From an uncultured Synergistaceae bacterium (GTDB lineage: Bacteria > Synergistota > Synergistia > Synergistales > Synergistaceae), in the NCBI GenBank assembly GCA_964482015.1, contig CAYZYF010000002.1, positions 26,639 through 90,638 on the forward strand: 64,000 nt of DNA. Reading direction: 5' to 3'. The position numbers were made by a program, and so were the translations under genes. Below the pieces are notes generated by a model, which was given only the letters and a program-made list of their open reading frames with translations, did no database searches and was not told where the DNA came from. Shown in pieces: positions 10,208-19,658 of this stretch (the stretch's first letter is position 1; every line of letters begins with the position of its first letter).

Positions 10208-11638
10208 TTGGCGGCTGCGGAAGGCATGGAACTAAACAGAAAAAATATACACCTTATGGGTATCGGGGGTGCCGGGATGAGCGGCCTTGCCATCCTGCTG
10301 GATCAGATAGGGGCGAAGGTCTCGGGATGCGACATGATCCAGACCTCTTATATGAAGGGGTTGAAAAGACGCAACATCCCGATCGAAATGGGACATGACG
10401 CCAAGCACGTTGATGAATTCAAGCCGGATATCCTCGTCTATTCAAGTGCCATTCCCCAGGATCATTCGGAGATACTTAAGGCGTGGCAGCAGGGTATCGT
10501 AGTATCCAGAAGGGCTGAGATACTCAGCCTTATATTCAACTCGAGACGCGGAGTGGGCGTAGCCGGGACGCACGGCAAAACGACGACCTCTTCGATGATT
10601 TCCCTCATTGCCGAGCGCGCAGGCATTGATCCGACAGTGGCCATAGGCGGCGAGCTGGCTGATATCGGAACCAACGCCAAACTCGGAAAAGGCGGTTATA
10701 TGGTGGCGGAACTCGACGAGAGCGACCGCTCCTTTGTCTATTTTCACCCTGAAATCGCTGTGGTGACTAACATAGATTGGGACCACAGAGACCACTATAT
10801 GACATTCAAATCTGTAACCGATGCGTTTGCGGAATTTCTGGTGAACAGAAAAGAGGGGGGAAAGAGCATCCTCTGCATGGAGGATGAAGGGATCAATACC
10901 CTCGTCTCCGAATACGGCATCAGCGACGGAGCGGTGACATATGGATGGGGGACAGGGTGGGACTGGGGGGCTGCTGAGGTCGATCACAACCACGGCGGCG
11001 GGGTATCCTATACACTCAGCCGCCGCGGCGAAAAACTGGACAGGATAAAGCTCTCCGTCTCGGGCGAGCACAATGTTCTCAATTCCCTGGCCGCCTGTGC
11101 GGCAGCTTCGGAGATGGGAATATCCATCGAGAATATAAAGGCGGCTCTTGCCGGTTTTAAGGGGGCCAAACGCAGACTTCAGAAGATGGGTGAAATAGGC
11201 AATGTGCTGGTCTATGACGACTATGGACACCATCCCAACGAGATCAGCGCCACGCTCGGAACCGTGCGTAAGATCTTCCCCGACCGGAGGATAATAGCCG
11301 TTTTCCAGCCGCACCGGTTCAGCAGGACCGCCGCGCTGTACAAGGAATTTGCAGATGCTCTCTCACTCTCCGACAGAGCCTTTATTCTGCCGGTCTACGG
11401 TTCGGACGAGATCCCGATCGAGGGGGTCTCCTCGAAAATGATATTTGACGCCGCATCGGAGGACGATAGGGCGCACTACGAACTGTCCGGCGATTTTGAC
11501 GATCTGGTCCGTTCTGTATGCTTATCGGCGAAAAACGGCGACTTGATCCTTACGATAGGTGCGGGAAGCATAGGTATGCTGGGCAAAAAAATATGCGAGA
11601 TGCTTGAGCAGATGGCCTCTGAAGGAAAGACGTATTGA
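10208..11638 (+). CDS. murC: UDP-MurNAc--L-alanine ligase
   Basis: GIGGAGMS, GTHGKTTT, ELDESD, DDYGHHP, FQPHRFSRT; TTG after AGGAGAGG. Confidence 0.95.
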   Translation: MAAAEGMELNRKNIHLMGIGGAGMSGLAILLDQIGAKVSGCDMIQTSYMKGLKRRNIPIEMGHDAKHVDEFKPDILVYSSAIPQDHSEILKAWQQGIVVSRRAEILSLIFNSRRGVGVAGTHGKTTTSSMISLIAERAGIDPTVAIGGELADIGTNAKLGKGGYMVAELDESDRSFVYFHPEIAVVTNIDWDHRDHYMTFKSVTDAFAEFLVNRKEGGKSILCMEDEGINTLVSEYGISDGAVTYGWGTGWDWGAAEVDHNHGGGVSYTLSRRGEKLDRIKLSVSGEHNVLNSLAACAAASEMGISIENIKAALAGFKGAKRRLQKMGEIGNVLVYDDYGHHPNEISATLGTVRKIFPDRRIIAVFQPHRFSRTAALYKEFADALSLSDRAFILPVYGSDEIPIEGVSSKMIFDAASEDDRAHYELSGDFDDLVRSVCLSAKNGDLILTIGAGSIGMLGKKICEMLEQMASEGKTY

Positions 11639-11639
11639 A

Positions 11640-12524
11640 TTGCTGAAGGACCATCCCCTTGCCGGCCTGAATACGTGGGGTGTAGGAGGGGCATGCCGTG
11701 CCTATTACAGGCCGCGTGACCTGCGGGATGCCTCCGCCTCGGTTATTTCCGCCCTGAAAAGCGGATCCGGACTCTACGTCCTCGGAGGCGGATCGAACGT
11801 CCTTGTGGCGGACGGCAGGGTGGACGCGTCCGTGGTGCACACCGAGGGACTCGACCACATAAGGGTGAGCCGCACCCGGAGGGGTGGAGCTGCGGTGGTG
11901 GAGGCAGGCGCGGGAGTACCGGTAAAAAAACTGCTTGCACTTTCTATAGAGGAAGGGCTCGGCGGACTTGAGTTTTTAACTGGGATACCGGGCAGCCTGG
12001 GCGGAGCGCTATGGGGCAACGCAGGAGCGGGCGACGCCGGGTTTCGCGGTATTATCGAAGAAGCGGAGGGAATCGATCCGGAGGGAAGTCCGGTGACGGT
12101 TACGGCGGATTCTTTGGTGTGGTCGTACAGGAACTGTCCCTTCGACCGCGATAGGATCATGATGCTGACGTCGTCGCGCCTGAGGCTGCGGCCCTCTTCA
12201 CGCGGAGATATCTTTGGCAGTATCCGCAGATATGCAGATATGAAAAAAGGGCAGCCGCTTGGAATGAAGACGGCAGGCTGCGTCTTTAAAAACCCGTCAG
12301 GGGAGTCGGCCGGCCTTCTTCTTGACAGATCGGGATGCAAGGGGCTGAGAGTGAGGGGAGCTGTTGTCTCCTGCTCACACGCCAATTTTATAATAAATGC
12401 CGGCGGGGCTTCCTCCGACGATATCTTCAGGCTTTGTGAGATCTGCAGAGGAAAGGTGCTTGACCTTCACGGAGTGGAACTTGAGTATGAGATTAAATTT
12501 CTTGGTTTTTTCGAGAAGGGCTAG
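11640..12524 (+). CDS. murB: UDP-N-acetylenolpyruvoylglucosamine reductase (start uncertain, 11604-11640)
   Basis: LGGGSNVL, GIPGSLGGALWGNAGA, AGCVFKNP, HANFIIN, LEYEI. Confidence 0.92.
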   Translation: MLKDHPLAGLNTWGVGGACRAYYRPRDLRDASASVISALKSGSGLYVLGGGSNVLVADGRVDASVVHTEGLDHIRVSRTRRGGAAVVEAGAGVPVKKLLALSIEEGLGGLEFLTGIPGSLGGALWGNAGAGDAGFRGIIEEAEGIDPEGSPVTVTADSLVWSYRNCPFDRDRIMMLTSSRLRLRPSSRGDIFGSIRRYADMKKGQPLGMKTAGCVFKNPSGESAGLLLDRSGCKGLRVRGAVVSCSHANFIINAGGASSDDIFRLCEICRGKVLDLHGVELEYEIKFLGFFEKG

Positions 12525-13308
12525 AAAAAGATTTAAAATTCTGCTCCTTGTCATCGCAATATCGATGGGAGCTCTTCTGGCGGCAGAATCCAGATATGCA
12601 GTCTTGAGAGTGCGTTCCATAGAAGCTGATCCCTCTGAGATACTGCCCGAAAGGGCGGTGTGGGGGACAGTGAGACCGGAAGAGGAAAAAATATGGCCTT
12701 TGCTCTGGTTTTCTCAGGAGGCCTATTGCAAGAATATAGAAGCTTATTATCCTGTTAATTTGAGGATGAGGCTTTCGGGGTGGGGCAGATTCAAACTGGA
12801 GGTCCTTCCGCTTGAAGCGGCCTGTCGAATGTACTGGGGCGGGAGGTTTTGGTATGTTTCCGAGGACGGAAGGGCATGGCTCACATCCCTTAAAGAGAAC
12901 TCATTCGTGAGGTCGGAGCGCGCAGGAAAACTCCCTCTTCTTTCCTGGAGCAGTGACAGGGCGACGCCGATAGATCTCTCCGGTGAACACGGAAATATTT
13001 TTTTATCACGCCTTCCGATGGGAAAGATACTTATGTGGTACGGCAGCCTAAACGAACTCGGCTGGTCTGAGAGCGTCAGGTTCGTACAGGCCGTCAGAGA
13101 TAAGGGACGTGATGTGGTGAAGCTTATTCTATACGCACCGGACGGAGGAAACGGAGCCTCCATAGTCCTGGGCGACGATCCTGAAGAGTGGAGGACGGCG
13201 GCCTCGGCGGTAAAGAAAATATTTCCGGACATATCGCAAATTTCGCGTGATATTGACATCGACACTACATATAAAGGCAAAATTCTTGTAAAAAATAAGG
13301 TACAATAA
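12487..13308 (+). CDS. Bitopic membrane protein in the ftsQ/divIB position (divergent FtsQ-like)
   Basis: Basic N-terminus plus one TM, then a periplasmic domain ending in a DIDIDT strand; between murB and ftsA. Confidence 0.6.
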   Translation: MRLNFLVFSRRARKRFKILLLVIAISMGALLAAESRYAVLRVRSIEADPSEILPERAVWGTVRPEEEKIWPLLWFSQEAYCKNIEAYYPVNLRMRLSGWGRFKLEVLPLEAACRMYWGGRFWYVSEDGRAWLTSLKENSFVRSERAGKLPLLSWSSDRATPIDLSGEHGNIFLSRLPMGKILMWYGSLNELGWSESVRFVQAVRDKGRDVVKLILYAPDGGNGASIVLGDDPEEWRTAASAVKKIFPDISQISRDIDIDTTYKGKILVKNKVQ

Positions 13309-13320
13309 GAGCTGCGAAAG

Positions 13321-13356
13321 TTTTGAGAATATGTTTGGTATTTTGAGAATATGTTT
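13321..13356. repeat. Perfect 16-bp direct repeat TTTTGAGAATATGTTT x2 (20-bp period) upstream of ftsA
   Basis: Identical copies at 13321-13336 and 13341-13356. Confidence 0.9.
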
Positions 13357-13384
13357 CTTATAAAGAAGAGAGGGGGCTATTTGA

Positions 13385-14740
13385 TTGTTTAGGAAAGCCT
13401 CAGGTTACCAATCGGATCACGAACCTGAACTTATTGCGGGACTGGACCTCGGAACGAGCAAGGTCACTGTCGTCGTGGCCGAGAAGGAGCACGGGAGCGA
13501 GGAAGCGCAGATCATCGGCGTCGGGCAGGCTCCGTCAAATGGGATCAGGAAGGGCCTTATCGTCAATCTGGACCAGGCCGTCCGTTCTGTCAGGCAGGCG
13601 GTGAGCGATGCTCAGAATATGGTCGGACAGGACATCACCGAGGTCACGGTGGCTTTTGGCGGCGGTGAAGTCACGAGCATACGGACGAGAGGCATGGTTT
13701 CGTTGGGGCGTGCCCCGCGCCCAGTAATGCAGCTGGACATCGAAAGAGTGATAGAGGCCGCTCAGGCCGACGTCGCCGTTCCGGCAAACCAGACCATACT
13801 CCACACGATACCTATAGAGTACTCTCTCGACGGGAACGTAGGAATTGACGATCCGCTGGGCATGACCGCTATCAGGCTGGACATCCAGCTCCAGACCGTG
13901 ATAGTGCCGACCTCAACCATACAAAACGTGGTGAACTGCGTTGATAAAGCCGGTCTGGACGTATCGGGCCTGGTCATCAAGCCTCTCGCCTCCGCCTTGG
14001 GCGTTATCTCGCCCGAGGAGTCGCTCGCCGGTGCCGCAGTAGTCGATATAGGAGGGGGAACTACGGGTGTGGCTGTCTTCTCCGACGGCAGGCCCAAGCA
14101 CCTCGGCCTGATATCGGTCGGGGGCGATCACATCACCAACGACATAGGAAGCGTCCTGAAGCTGCCTCTCAACAAATCGGAGGAGCTTAAGCGGGAGGTA
14201 TCTGTTTTTACCCCACCCGAGGATCCCGAGGAGACTATAGACTTTGTTTACAACAGCAGAAATTATGCCATCCCCAAGACCGACCTGCATGAAATTATAA
14301 GGTGCAGGATAGAGGAACTGTGCGATGTACTGGTGCGCCCGCAGATAAGGGCGGCCGGGATATCCATGCTCCCCGCCGGAGTTATAATTACCGGCGGCGT
14401 TTCAAAGACGGAGGGCATTGATGCTCTGGTGCTCGACATCATGGATCTGCCGTCGAGGGTCTCTTCTCCCCTGGATGCCGGCAGGATGCCGCCCGGCAGG
14501 AATACTCAGGAATATGCGGCGGCGGCCGGCATTATACGCTATATCGCCGAAAGGGACAGGGATCCCTTCCGTTATCTCGATAACCCAGCCATCAGGGGGG
14601 CACACGCGGAGGACGGCGGCAGGCAGCTGATCGTTCCGGAGAATAAGATCAGGATCAAGCTCGACGAGAACAACAGGGCATCGGGACCGGGATTCAACCC
14701 CCTTGAAGGCCTGAAGAACGCTTTCAAGGACCTGTTTTGA
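13385..14740 (+). CDS. ftsA: Cell division protein FtsA
   Basis: GLDLGTSKV, VDIGGGTT, GGDHITNDI, IITGG; C-terminal amphipathic helix LEGLKNAFKDLF. Confidence 0.95.
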   Translation: MFRKASGYQSDHEPELIAGLDLGTSKVTVVVAEKEHGSEEAQIIGVGQAPSNGIRKGLIVNLDQAVRSVRQAVSDAQNMVGQDITEVTVAFGGGEVTSIRTRGMVSLGRAPRPVMQLDIERVIEAAQADVAVPANQTILHTIPIEYSLDGNVGIDDPLGMTAIRLDIQLQTVIVPTSTIQNVVNCVDKAGLDVSGLVIKPLASALGVISPEESLAGAAVVDIGGGTTGVAVFSDGRPKHLGLISVGGDHITNDIGSVLKLPLNKSEELKREVSVFTPPEDPEETIDFVYNSRNYAIPKTDLHEIIRCRIEELCDVLVRPQIRAAGISMLPAGVIITGGVSKTEGIDALVLDIMDLPSRVSSPLDAGRMPPGRNTQEYAAAAGIIRYIAERDRDPFRYLDNPAIRGAHAEDGGRQLIVPENKIRIKLDENNRASGPGFNPLEGLKNAFKDLF

Positions 14741-14773
14741 TACCATATCCCGAGTTGTGAAGGAGGATCTCTT

Positions 14774-16183
14774 GTGGCCGATATGACTGGAATTTTTCAG
14801 CTGGATAAATCTAACTACCCGACCAGGGAAGTGATAAAAGTTATCGGAGTCGGCGGAGCCGGCAATAATGCCCTTAATCACATCATAAGAGGCGGACTCA
14901 ACGGGGTCGAGTTTATAGCGGCCAACACGGACATGGCCCATCTGGAGCTCTCTGAGGCCCAAAACAGGATCATATTGGGCAAGGAGCTCACCAAGGGGCT
15001 TGGGGCAGGCTCAGACCCCGAAATAGGCTTTAAGTCCGCTCAGGAATCGAGAGAGGAGATCAGGGCGGCCGTTGAGGGCTCCGACATGGTCTTTATAGCG
15101 GCCGGGATGGGCGGAGGCACAGGAACAGGTGCGGCCCCCGTCATTGCTTCCGTTGCCAAAGAGGCCGAATCGCTTGTTGTGGCGGTTGTGACCCTCCCTT
15201 TTTCGTTTGAGGGAAAGCGAAGGATCATTCAGGCAAACCAAGGCATCACACAGCTTAAAGATAAAGTCGACGCTCTCATAATAATACCGAATGACAGGCT
15301 GCTCAGCATAACCGAAAAGAAGACGACGGTGAATGACGCCTTCAGGATAGCCGACGGTGTGCTCCACCAGGCCGTACAGGGGGTCACGGATCTGATCCTG
15401 CGTCCCGGGCTTGTAAACGTTGACTTTGCCGATGTTAAGACGATCATGTCCAACGCCGGTTCGGCAATAATGGGCATAGGCGAGGGCTACGGGGAGAAAA
15501 GGGCTTCCACCGCGGCGTACAACGCGATCAACAGTCCGCTGATGGACACGGATATGAAGGGGGCGAAGGGCATCCTCTTCAATATCACGGGAGGCGCCAA
15601 TGTCGGCATCCACGAGATCAGCGAGGCGACGAGGATAATCACCGAAGCCGCCGATGAAAATGCCTTCATCATCTGGGGACACGTCTTTGACCCGGAGATG
15701 GACGACTCCGTTCAGATCACCGTGATCGCCACGGGCTTTGACGCAGCAAGAAAGGATGCCGCCCCAAGGGAGGCCGGCATATCGAGAAAGGTCGACATAT
15801 CGGCGGTGAGGCACCTGAACGCCTTCAGTTCATCGCGGGCCTCCTCCCAACAGCAGAGGGATCCCGAGAGGGCCGAAAAACAGAGCATCTTTAAAGGCGT
15901 GCAATTGTCCGATGCAAAGGAGACGGTTCCCGAAAAAAGGCCCGAGGGAACGCTGCCGCCGTTCGCAGATGTTTCCGCAAGAAGCGCTTCCGACGATCAA
16001 AAAGAAAGGGAGCAGCCTCTCGCGGCTATAAAGAATGAACAGGACACGCCTACAGTTATAAGGGCATCTAAAACCGCACAGGCGCCGCAGCCGCCGCAGG
16101 AAGAAGACATGTTCAGGGGGAGCGGGGCACCGGACGACCAATACGACGTCCCCGCATATCTGAGACGGAGGGGCGGATCCTGA
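14774..16183 (+). CDS. ftsZ: Cell division protein FtsZ
   Basis: GVGGAGNNA, GMGGGTGTG, NVDFAD; C-terminal peptide DVPAYLRR. Confidence 0.97.
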   Translation: MADMTGIFQLDKSNYPTREVIKVIGVGGAGNNALNHIIRGGLNGVEFIAANTDMAHLELSEAQNRIILGKELTKGLGAGSDPEIGFKSAQESREEIRAAVEGSDMVFIAAGMGGGTGTGAAPVIASVAKEAESLVVAVVTLPFSFEGKRRIIQANQGITQLKDKVDALIIIPNDRLLSITEKKTTVNDAFRIADGVLHQAVQGVTDLILRPGLVNVDFADVKTIMSNAGSAIMGIGEGYGEKRASTAAYNAINSPLMDTDMKGAKGILFNITGGANVGIHEISEATRIITEAADENAFIIWGHVFDPEMDDSVQITVIATGFDAARKDAAPREAGISRKVDISAVRHLNAFSSSRASSQQQRDPERAEKQSIFKGVQLSDAKETVPEKRPEGTLPPFADVSARSASDDQKEREQPLAAIKNEQDTPTVIRASKTAQAPQPPQEEDMFRGSGAPDDQYDVPAYLRRRGGS

Positions 16184-16197
16184 AAAACAGGGGAGAG

Positions 16198-17721
16198 ATG
16201 GGACCCCGTGCCGCCAAGACTACCGCCTGGCAGAGCTGGAAAGAATACCGTGAGGACGAGGAGTACTTAACAGAGCTGCCCAAGGGAGGGGATCTTCCTT
16301 GGGCACTCTTTTATCCGGCCGATTATTCGGTGGGGGCCGCGAGCCTGGGATATCATTATGTCTATAGAAGGCTGAAGGAAAGCGGTGTGGCAGCGGAACG
16401 TTTTTTCTCCGAACCCGCCCCCTTTCGTTCAGTTGAGGGAGACACGCTGCTTGAGAGATTTCCTGTAATAACTGCGAGTATCGCATACGAGGGCAACGCC
16501 GAGGTTTTCTTTAAATGGCTTCATTCGGCGAATATCCCGCTGAAGTGCGAGGAACGCGCATCGGGAGGTTATCCGATCATCGGGGCCGGCGGTGCGATGA
16601 CTTATATCAATCCGCTTTTGCTGTCCGCTGTATGTGATTTTATAGTATTGGGGGACGCTCTTGAGATCCTTCCGTTTACAGTGAGCGCGCTCAGGGACTA
16701 TGTTTCTGCGGGGGATAAGGAGAGACTGCTGGAAAGGCTGGCCTCTCACCCCTCTATACTTGTTCCCAGCAGGCATATATCTGAGGGAAGGGTCGCTGTG
16801 AAAAGAAAGCTCGCCAACGATATGCCCCTTGATTGTCTGCATCCGAAGCTCAGCACATGGATCACCCCCAGGAGCGCGTTCGGGGCTACGGTTCTTGCGG
16901 AGCTGCAGAGGGGGTGTGTCAGGGGCTGTTCGTACTGCACACTTCCGCATTGTTTCGGAAGAGTGAGGCATGGGGATTTAGCCGATATAACAAAAGAGCT
17001 CGATGCCGCCTTTGCGATGACCAAAGCCGAACAGGTCGGTCTCGTGACCCCGGAGGCCGGAGACTATCCCTATATAGCAGACCTGCTGGATTTCCTTGAA
17101 AGCAGGGGAAAGGGAGTTTCCTTTGCCTCTCTGAGGATAGACAGGCTCACTGAGAAAATGGTATCGGCGTTGACGAGAGGCGGCAGGCACAGCCTGACCG
17201 CGGCTCCGGAGACGGGGAGCGACGATCTCAGGCATTCATGCGGCAAGAAATTTACGAATGAAATGATCATCGAAAAAATGGAGATGGCGAGATCGCTCGG
17301 CATAGAACGGGCGAAGCTTTACTTCATGGTAGGCCTTCCCGGAGAGGGGGACGGGGATATAGGGTCGATAGCGGATCTGACAGAGAGGATAGTTGCCCGA
17401 ACGGGGCTTGATCTCACCCTCTCGGTGAACCCTTTTGTGCCTAAACCGGGCACGGCGTGGGAAAAACAGGCGTTTGCCGGTGTACGGGAGATCAAAAGGA
17501 AGTATGATCTGCTTAGCGATGAAATTTCAAAGAAAATAAAGAAAAAAAGACCTAAACTTCGTTTTATGAGCCCCAAAGAGGGTCAAAACGAGTTTTCACT
17601 GGCTTGGTACGGCTATAATGAAAGTGCTTTGCTGGCAGGGTCAAAGGGAATTTTGAAAAATGTTCCCGCCATTCAAGGCACCAGAGAGAAAACACTGTTA
17701 GAATTAGAACGTCTATGGTAG
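16198..17721 (+). CDS. Uncharacterised radical SAM protein with a B12-binding-like N-terminal region
   Basis: RGCVRGCSYC (CxxxCxxC), APETGS, KLYFMVGLPGE, PFVPKPGT. Confidence 0.85.
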   Translation: MGPRAAKTTAWQSWKEYREDEEYLTELPKGGDLPWALFYPADYSVGAASLGYHYVYRRLKESGVAAERFFSEPAPFRSVEGDTLLERFPVITASIAYEGNAEVFFKWLHSANIPLKCEERASGGYPIIGAGGAMTYINPLLLSAVCDFIVLGDALEILPFTVSALRDYVSAGDKERLLERLASHPSILVPSRHISEGRVAVKRKLANDMPLDCLHPKLSTWITPRSAFGATVLAELQRGCVRGCSYCTLPHCFGRVRHGDLADITKELDAAFAMTKAEQVGLVTPEAGDYPYIADLLDFLESRGKGVSFASLRIDRLTEKMVSALTRGGRHSLTAAPETGSDDLRHSCGKKFTNEMIIEKMEMARSLGIERAKLYFMVGLPGEGDGDIGSIADLTERIVARTGLDLTLSVNPFVPKPGTAWEKQAFAGVREIKRKYDLLSDEISKKIKKKRPKLRFMSPKEGQNEFSLAWYGYNESALLAGSKGILKNVPAIQGTREKTLLELERLW

Positions 17722-17740
17722 TTTTATGGGAGGTGACCAC

Positions 17741-18385
17741 ATGGTTACACGGAGAACGAGAAACTTTAAAGAAAAGAAGACTGTGACATCGTTCGGACAG
17801 TTCGTGCTGCCGCTTACCGTGATAATGGCGGTCGCTCTGCTGTTTTTCAGCGTCAGGCTCTTCTTTTTCGGTTCGGGCGGAAAGAGTGACTATCGTGCCA
17901 TCGAAAGCGAGACGCACTCGGCTTCGCAGCAGCTGGAAGAGAGCTCTCACAGTCTGTCCGCAACAATATCGGACGGAGCCCTCGAGGAGGAAAAGATCGA
18001 TATTGCGGCGGCGCAGCCGGTCAAGTCCGCAAAGGAAGAGGATCAGAAGGTAAAAGCGGTTCCCAAAACGGCGCCGGCAAAAGCTGCCTCTATGCCTGCC
18101 GCCGGAGGCACGGCCAAAAAAGAGGCGGTAAAGGCAACGACGACGGACGGCCCGCGGTGGGATGTCCAGATAGGCGCTTTTACCTCAAAAGAAAACGCGT
18201 CGGCGCTTGCGGAGAAAACAAAATCGCAGGGCTTGGGATCCTACATCGTGACTGAACAGAAGAGCGGAGCTCCGCTTTATAAGGTGAGGGTCAAAAATCC
18301 GAATAAGACGCGAGGGGAAGCCGCAGCTCTTGCAAAGAGGCTTGAAGCGGATGGGCATCCCGTCTTTTTGGTGGAGACAAAATAG
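17741..18385 (+). CDS. SPOR-domain membrane protein (FtsN/DedD-like architecture)
   Basis: N-terminal TM, Ala/Lys/Pro linker, C-terminal WDVQIGAF...NA...YKVRV SPOR motif. Confidence 0.85.
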   Translation: MVTRRTRNFKEKKTVTSFGQFVLPLTVIMAVALLFFSVRLFFFGSGGKSDYRAIESETHSASQQLEESSHSLSATISDGALEEEKIDIAAAQPVKSAKEEDQKVKAVPKTAPAKAASMPAAGGTAKKEAVKATTTDGPRWDVQIGAFTSKENASALAEKTKSQGLGSYIVTEQKSGAPLYKVRVKNPNKTRGEAAALAKRLEADGHPVFLVETK

Positions 18386-18422
18386 CTCGTATATTATGAA
18401 GATTTGAAAGGTCGCTGTTTTT

Positions 18423-19658
18423 ATGTCAGGTTTTGTTAAAGAGGTCACCCCTCGGATACAGGCGCTGGACTATGTCGCCGAAATGCTTGAGTTTCCATGG
18501 AACAAAGGGAAGATCATGATCCCGTCCGATGATGCGCTTAATAAAAGGCTGTTTGAAGACTTTATCGCTGCGGAAAAACATCCCCCCTACACAAGAAGCC
18601 TCAGGGACGGATATGCGGTATGCAGCTCGGACGTAGTCGCGGCGACGCCGGGGACCCCTACTTTTCTCAGCATAACGGGAGAAGTTCCTATGGGAGAGCT
18701 TCACGGACTGAGAGTAAGTCCGGGCGAAGCCGTATATATTCCGACCGGGGGACTCCTTCCGGTCGGTGCTGATGCGGTGGTCATGCTCGAGAACACCTCC
18801 TCCGCCGGGGGCTGGATAGAGGTCAGGAGCCCGGCTCAGTCAGGCGAGAACGTGATCCCCGCGGGAGAGGAGTTTCAGGAGGGCGCAAAGGTGCTCTCCA
18901 GAGGGGATCTGGTTGATTTCAGGACCATGAGCCTATTGTCCTCGCTGGGTGTAAGCGAGGTGCCGGCCCTCTCGCTGAGGATAAGTATCCTCAGCACGGG
19001 CGACGAGATAGTCCCCGTGGATACATCGCCCGTTCCTCCCGGCAAGATCAGGGATGTAAACGGGCGCTCCGTAAGATCCCTGCTCGCACGTTACGGATTC
19101 GAGTCGGAGTACAGAGGCATACTCTCAGATGACGGCGATGTTTTCGAAAGCTCCCTCCTCAGAGAGCTGTCAAAGTGCGATGTTTTGATCTTGAGCGGCG
19201 GATCCTCGGTAGGGATCAGGGACCACTGCTCTAAAGTGCTTGAAAAACTGCCCGAACCAGGTCTTTTAGTTCGCGGCATAAACATAGTTCCGGGCAAACC
19301 GACTCTTATAGCCGGAAGCCTGGAGGATAAAAAACTTGTCGTCAGCCTTCCGGGGCATCCACTTTCGTGCATGACCGTCGCATTTGTACTTTTGCTTCCT
19401 TTGCTGCTTAAGCTCACGGGGGCGAGTAACGGATGTCCCGGGATAAAGACCCTGCTTCCGCTATCGAGAGATCTTACCGCGAGAACAGGGCCTGAGGAGT
19501 TTGTCCCCTGCAGGGTCACGGATTCGGGCGAAGCGTTTCCCATCCTCGCCAGGTCGGGCTATGTCTCCTCGCTTGCTTCCGCCGACGGCTTCATAATGAT
19601 ACCGGAGGACAGGGAGACTATAAGGGCCCGGGAAAGGGCGGAGGTTTGGCTGTGGTAA
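18423..19658 (+). CDS. moeA: Molybdopterin molybdenumtransferase MoeA
   Basis: RSLRDGYAV, TGGLLPVGADAVVMLE, STGDE, SGGSSVG, PGKP, LPGHP. Confidence 0.92.
   Translation: MSGFVKEVTPRIQALDYVAEMLEFPWNKGKIMIPSDDALNKRLFEDFIAAEKHPPYTRSLRDGYAVCSSDVVAATPGTPTFLSITGEVPMGELHGLRVSPGEAVYIPTGGLLPVGADAVVMLENTSSAGGWIEVRSPAQSGENVIPAGEEFQEGAKVLSRGDLVDFRTMSLLSSLGVSEVPALSLRISILSTGDEIVPVDTSPVPPGKIRDVNGRSVRSLLARYGFESEYRGILSDDGDVFESSLLRELSKCDVLILSGGSSVGIRDHCSKVLEKLPEPGLLVRGINIVPGKPTLIAGSLEDKKLVVSLPGHPLSCMTVAFVLLLPLLLKLTGASNGCPGIKTLLPLSRDLTARTGPEEFVPCRVTDSGEAFPILARSGYVSSLASADGFIMIPEDRETIRARERAEVWLW

Noticed and set aside
10208-13308. No ddl gene in the dcw cluster
   Set aside because: ddl is often located outside dcw; absence cannot be judged from one window.
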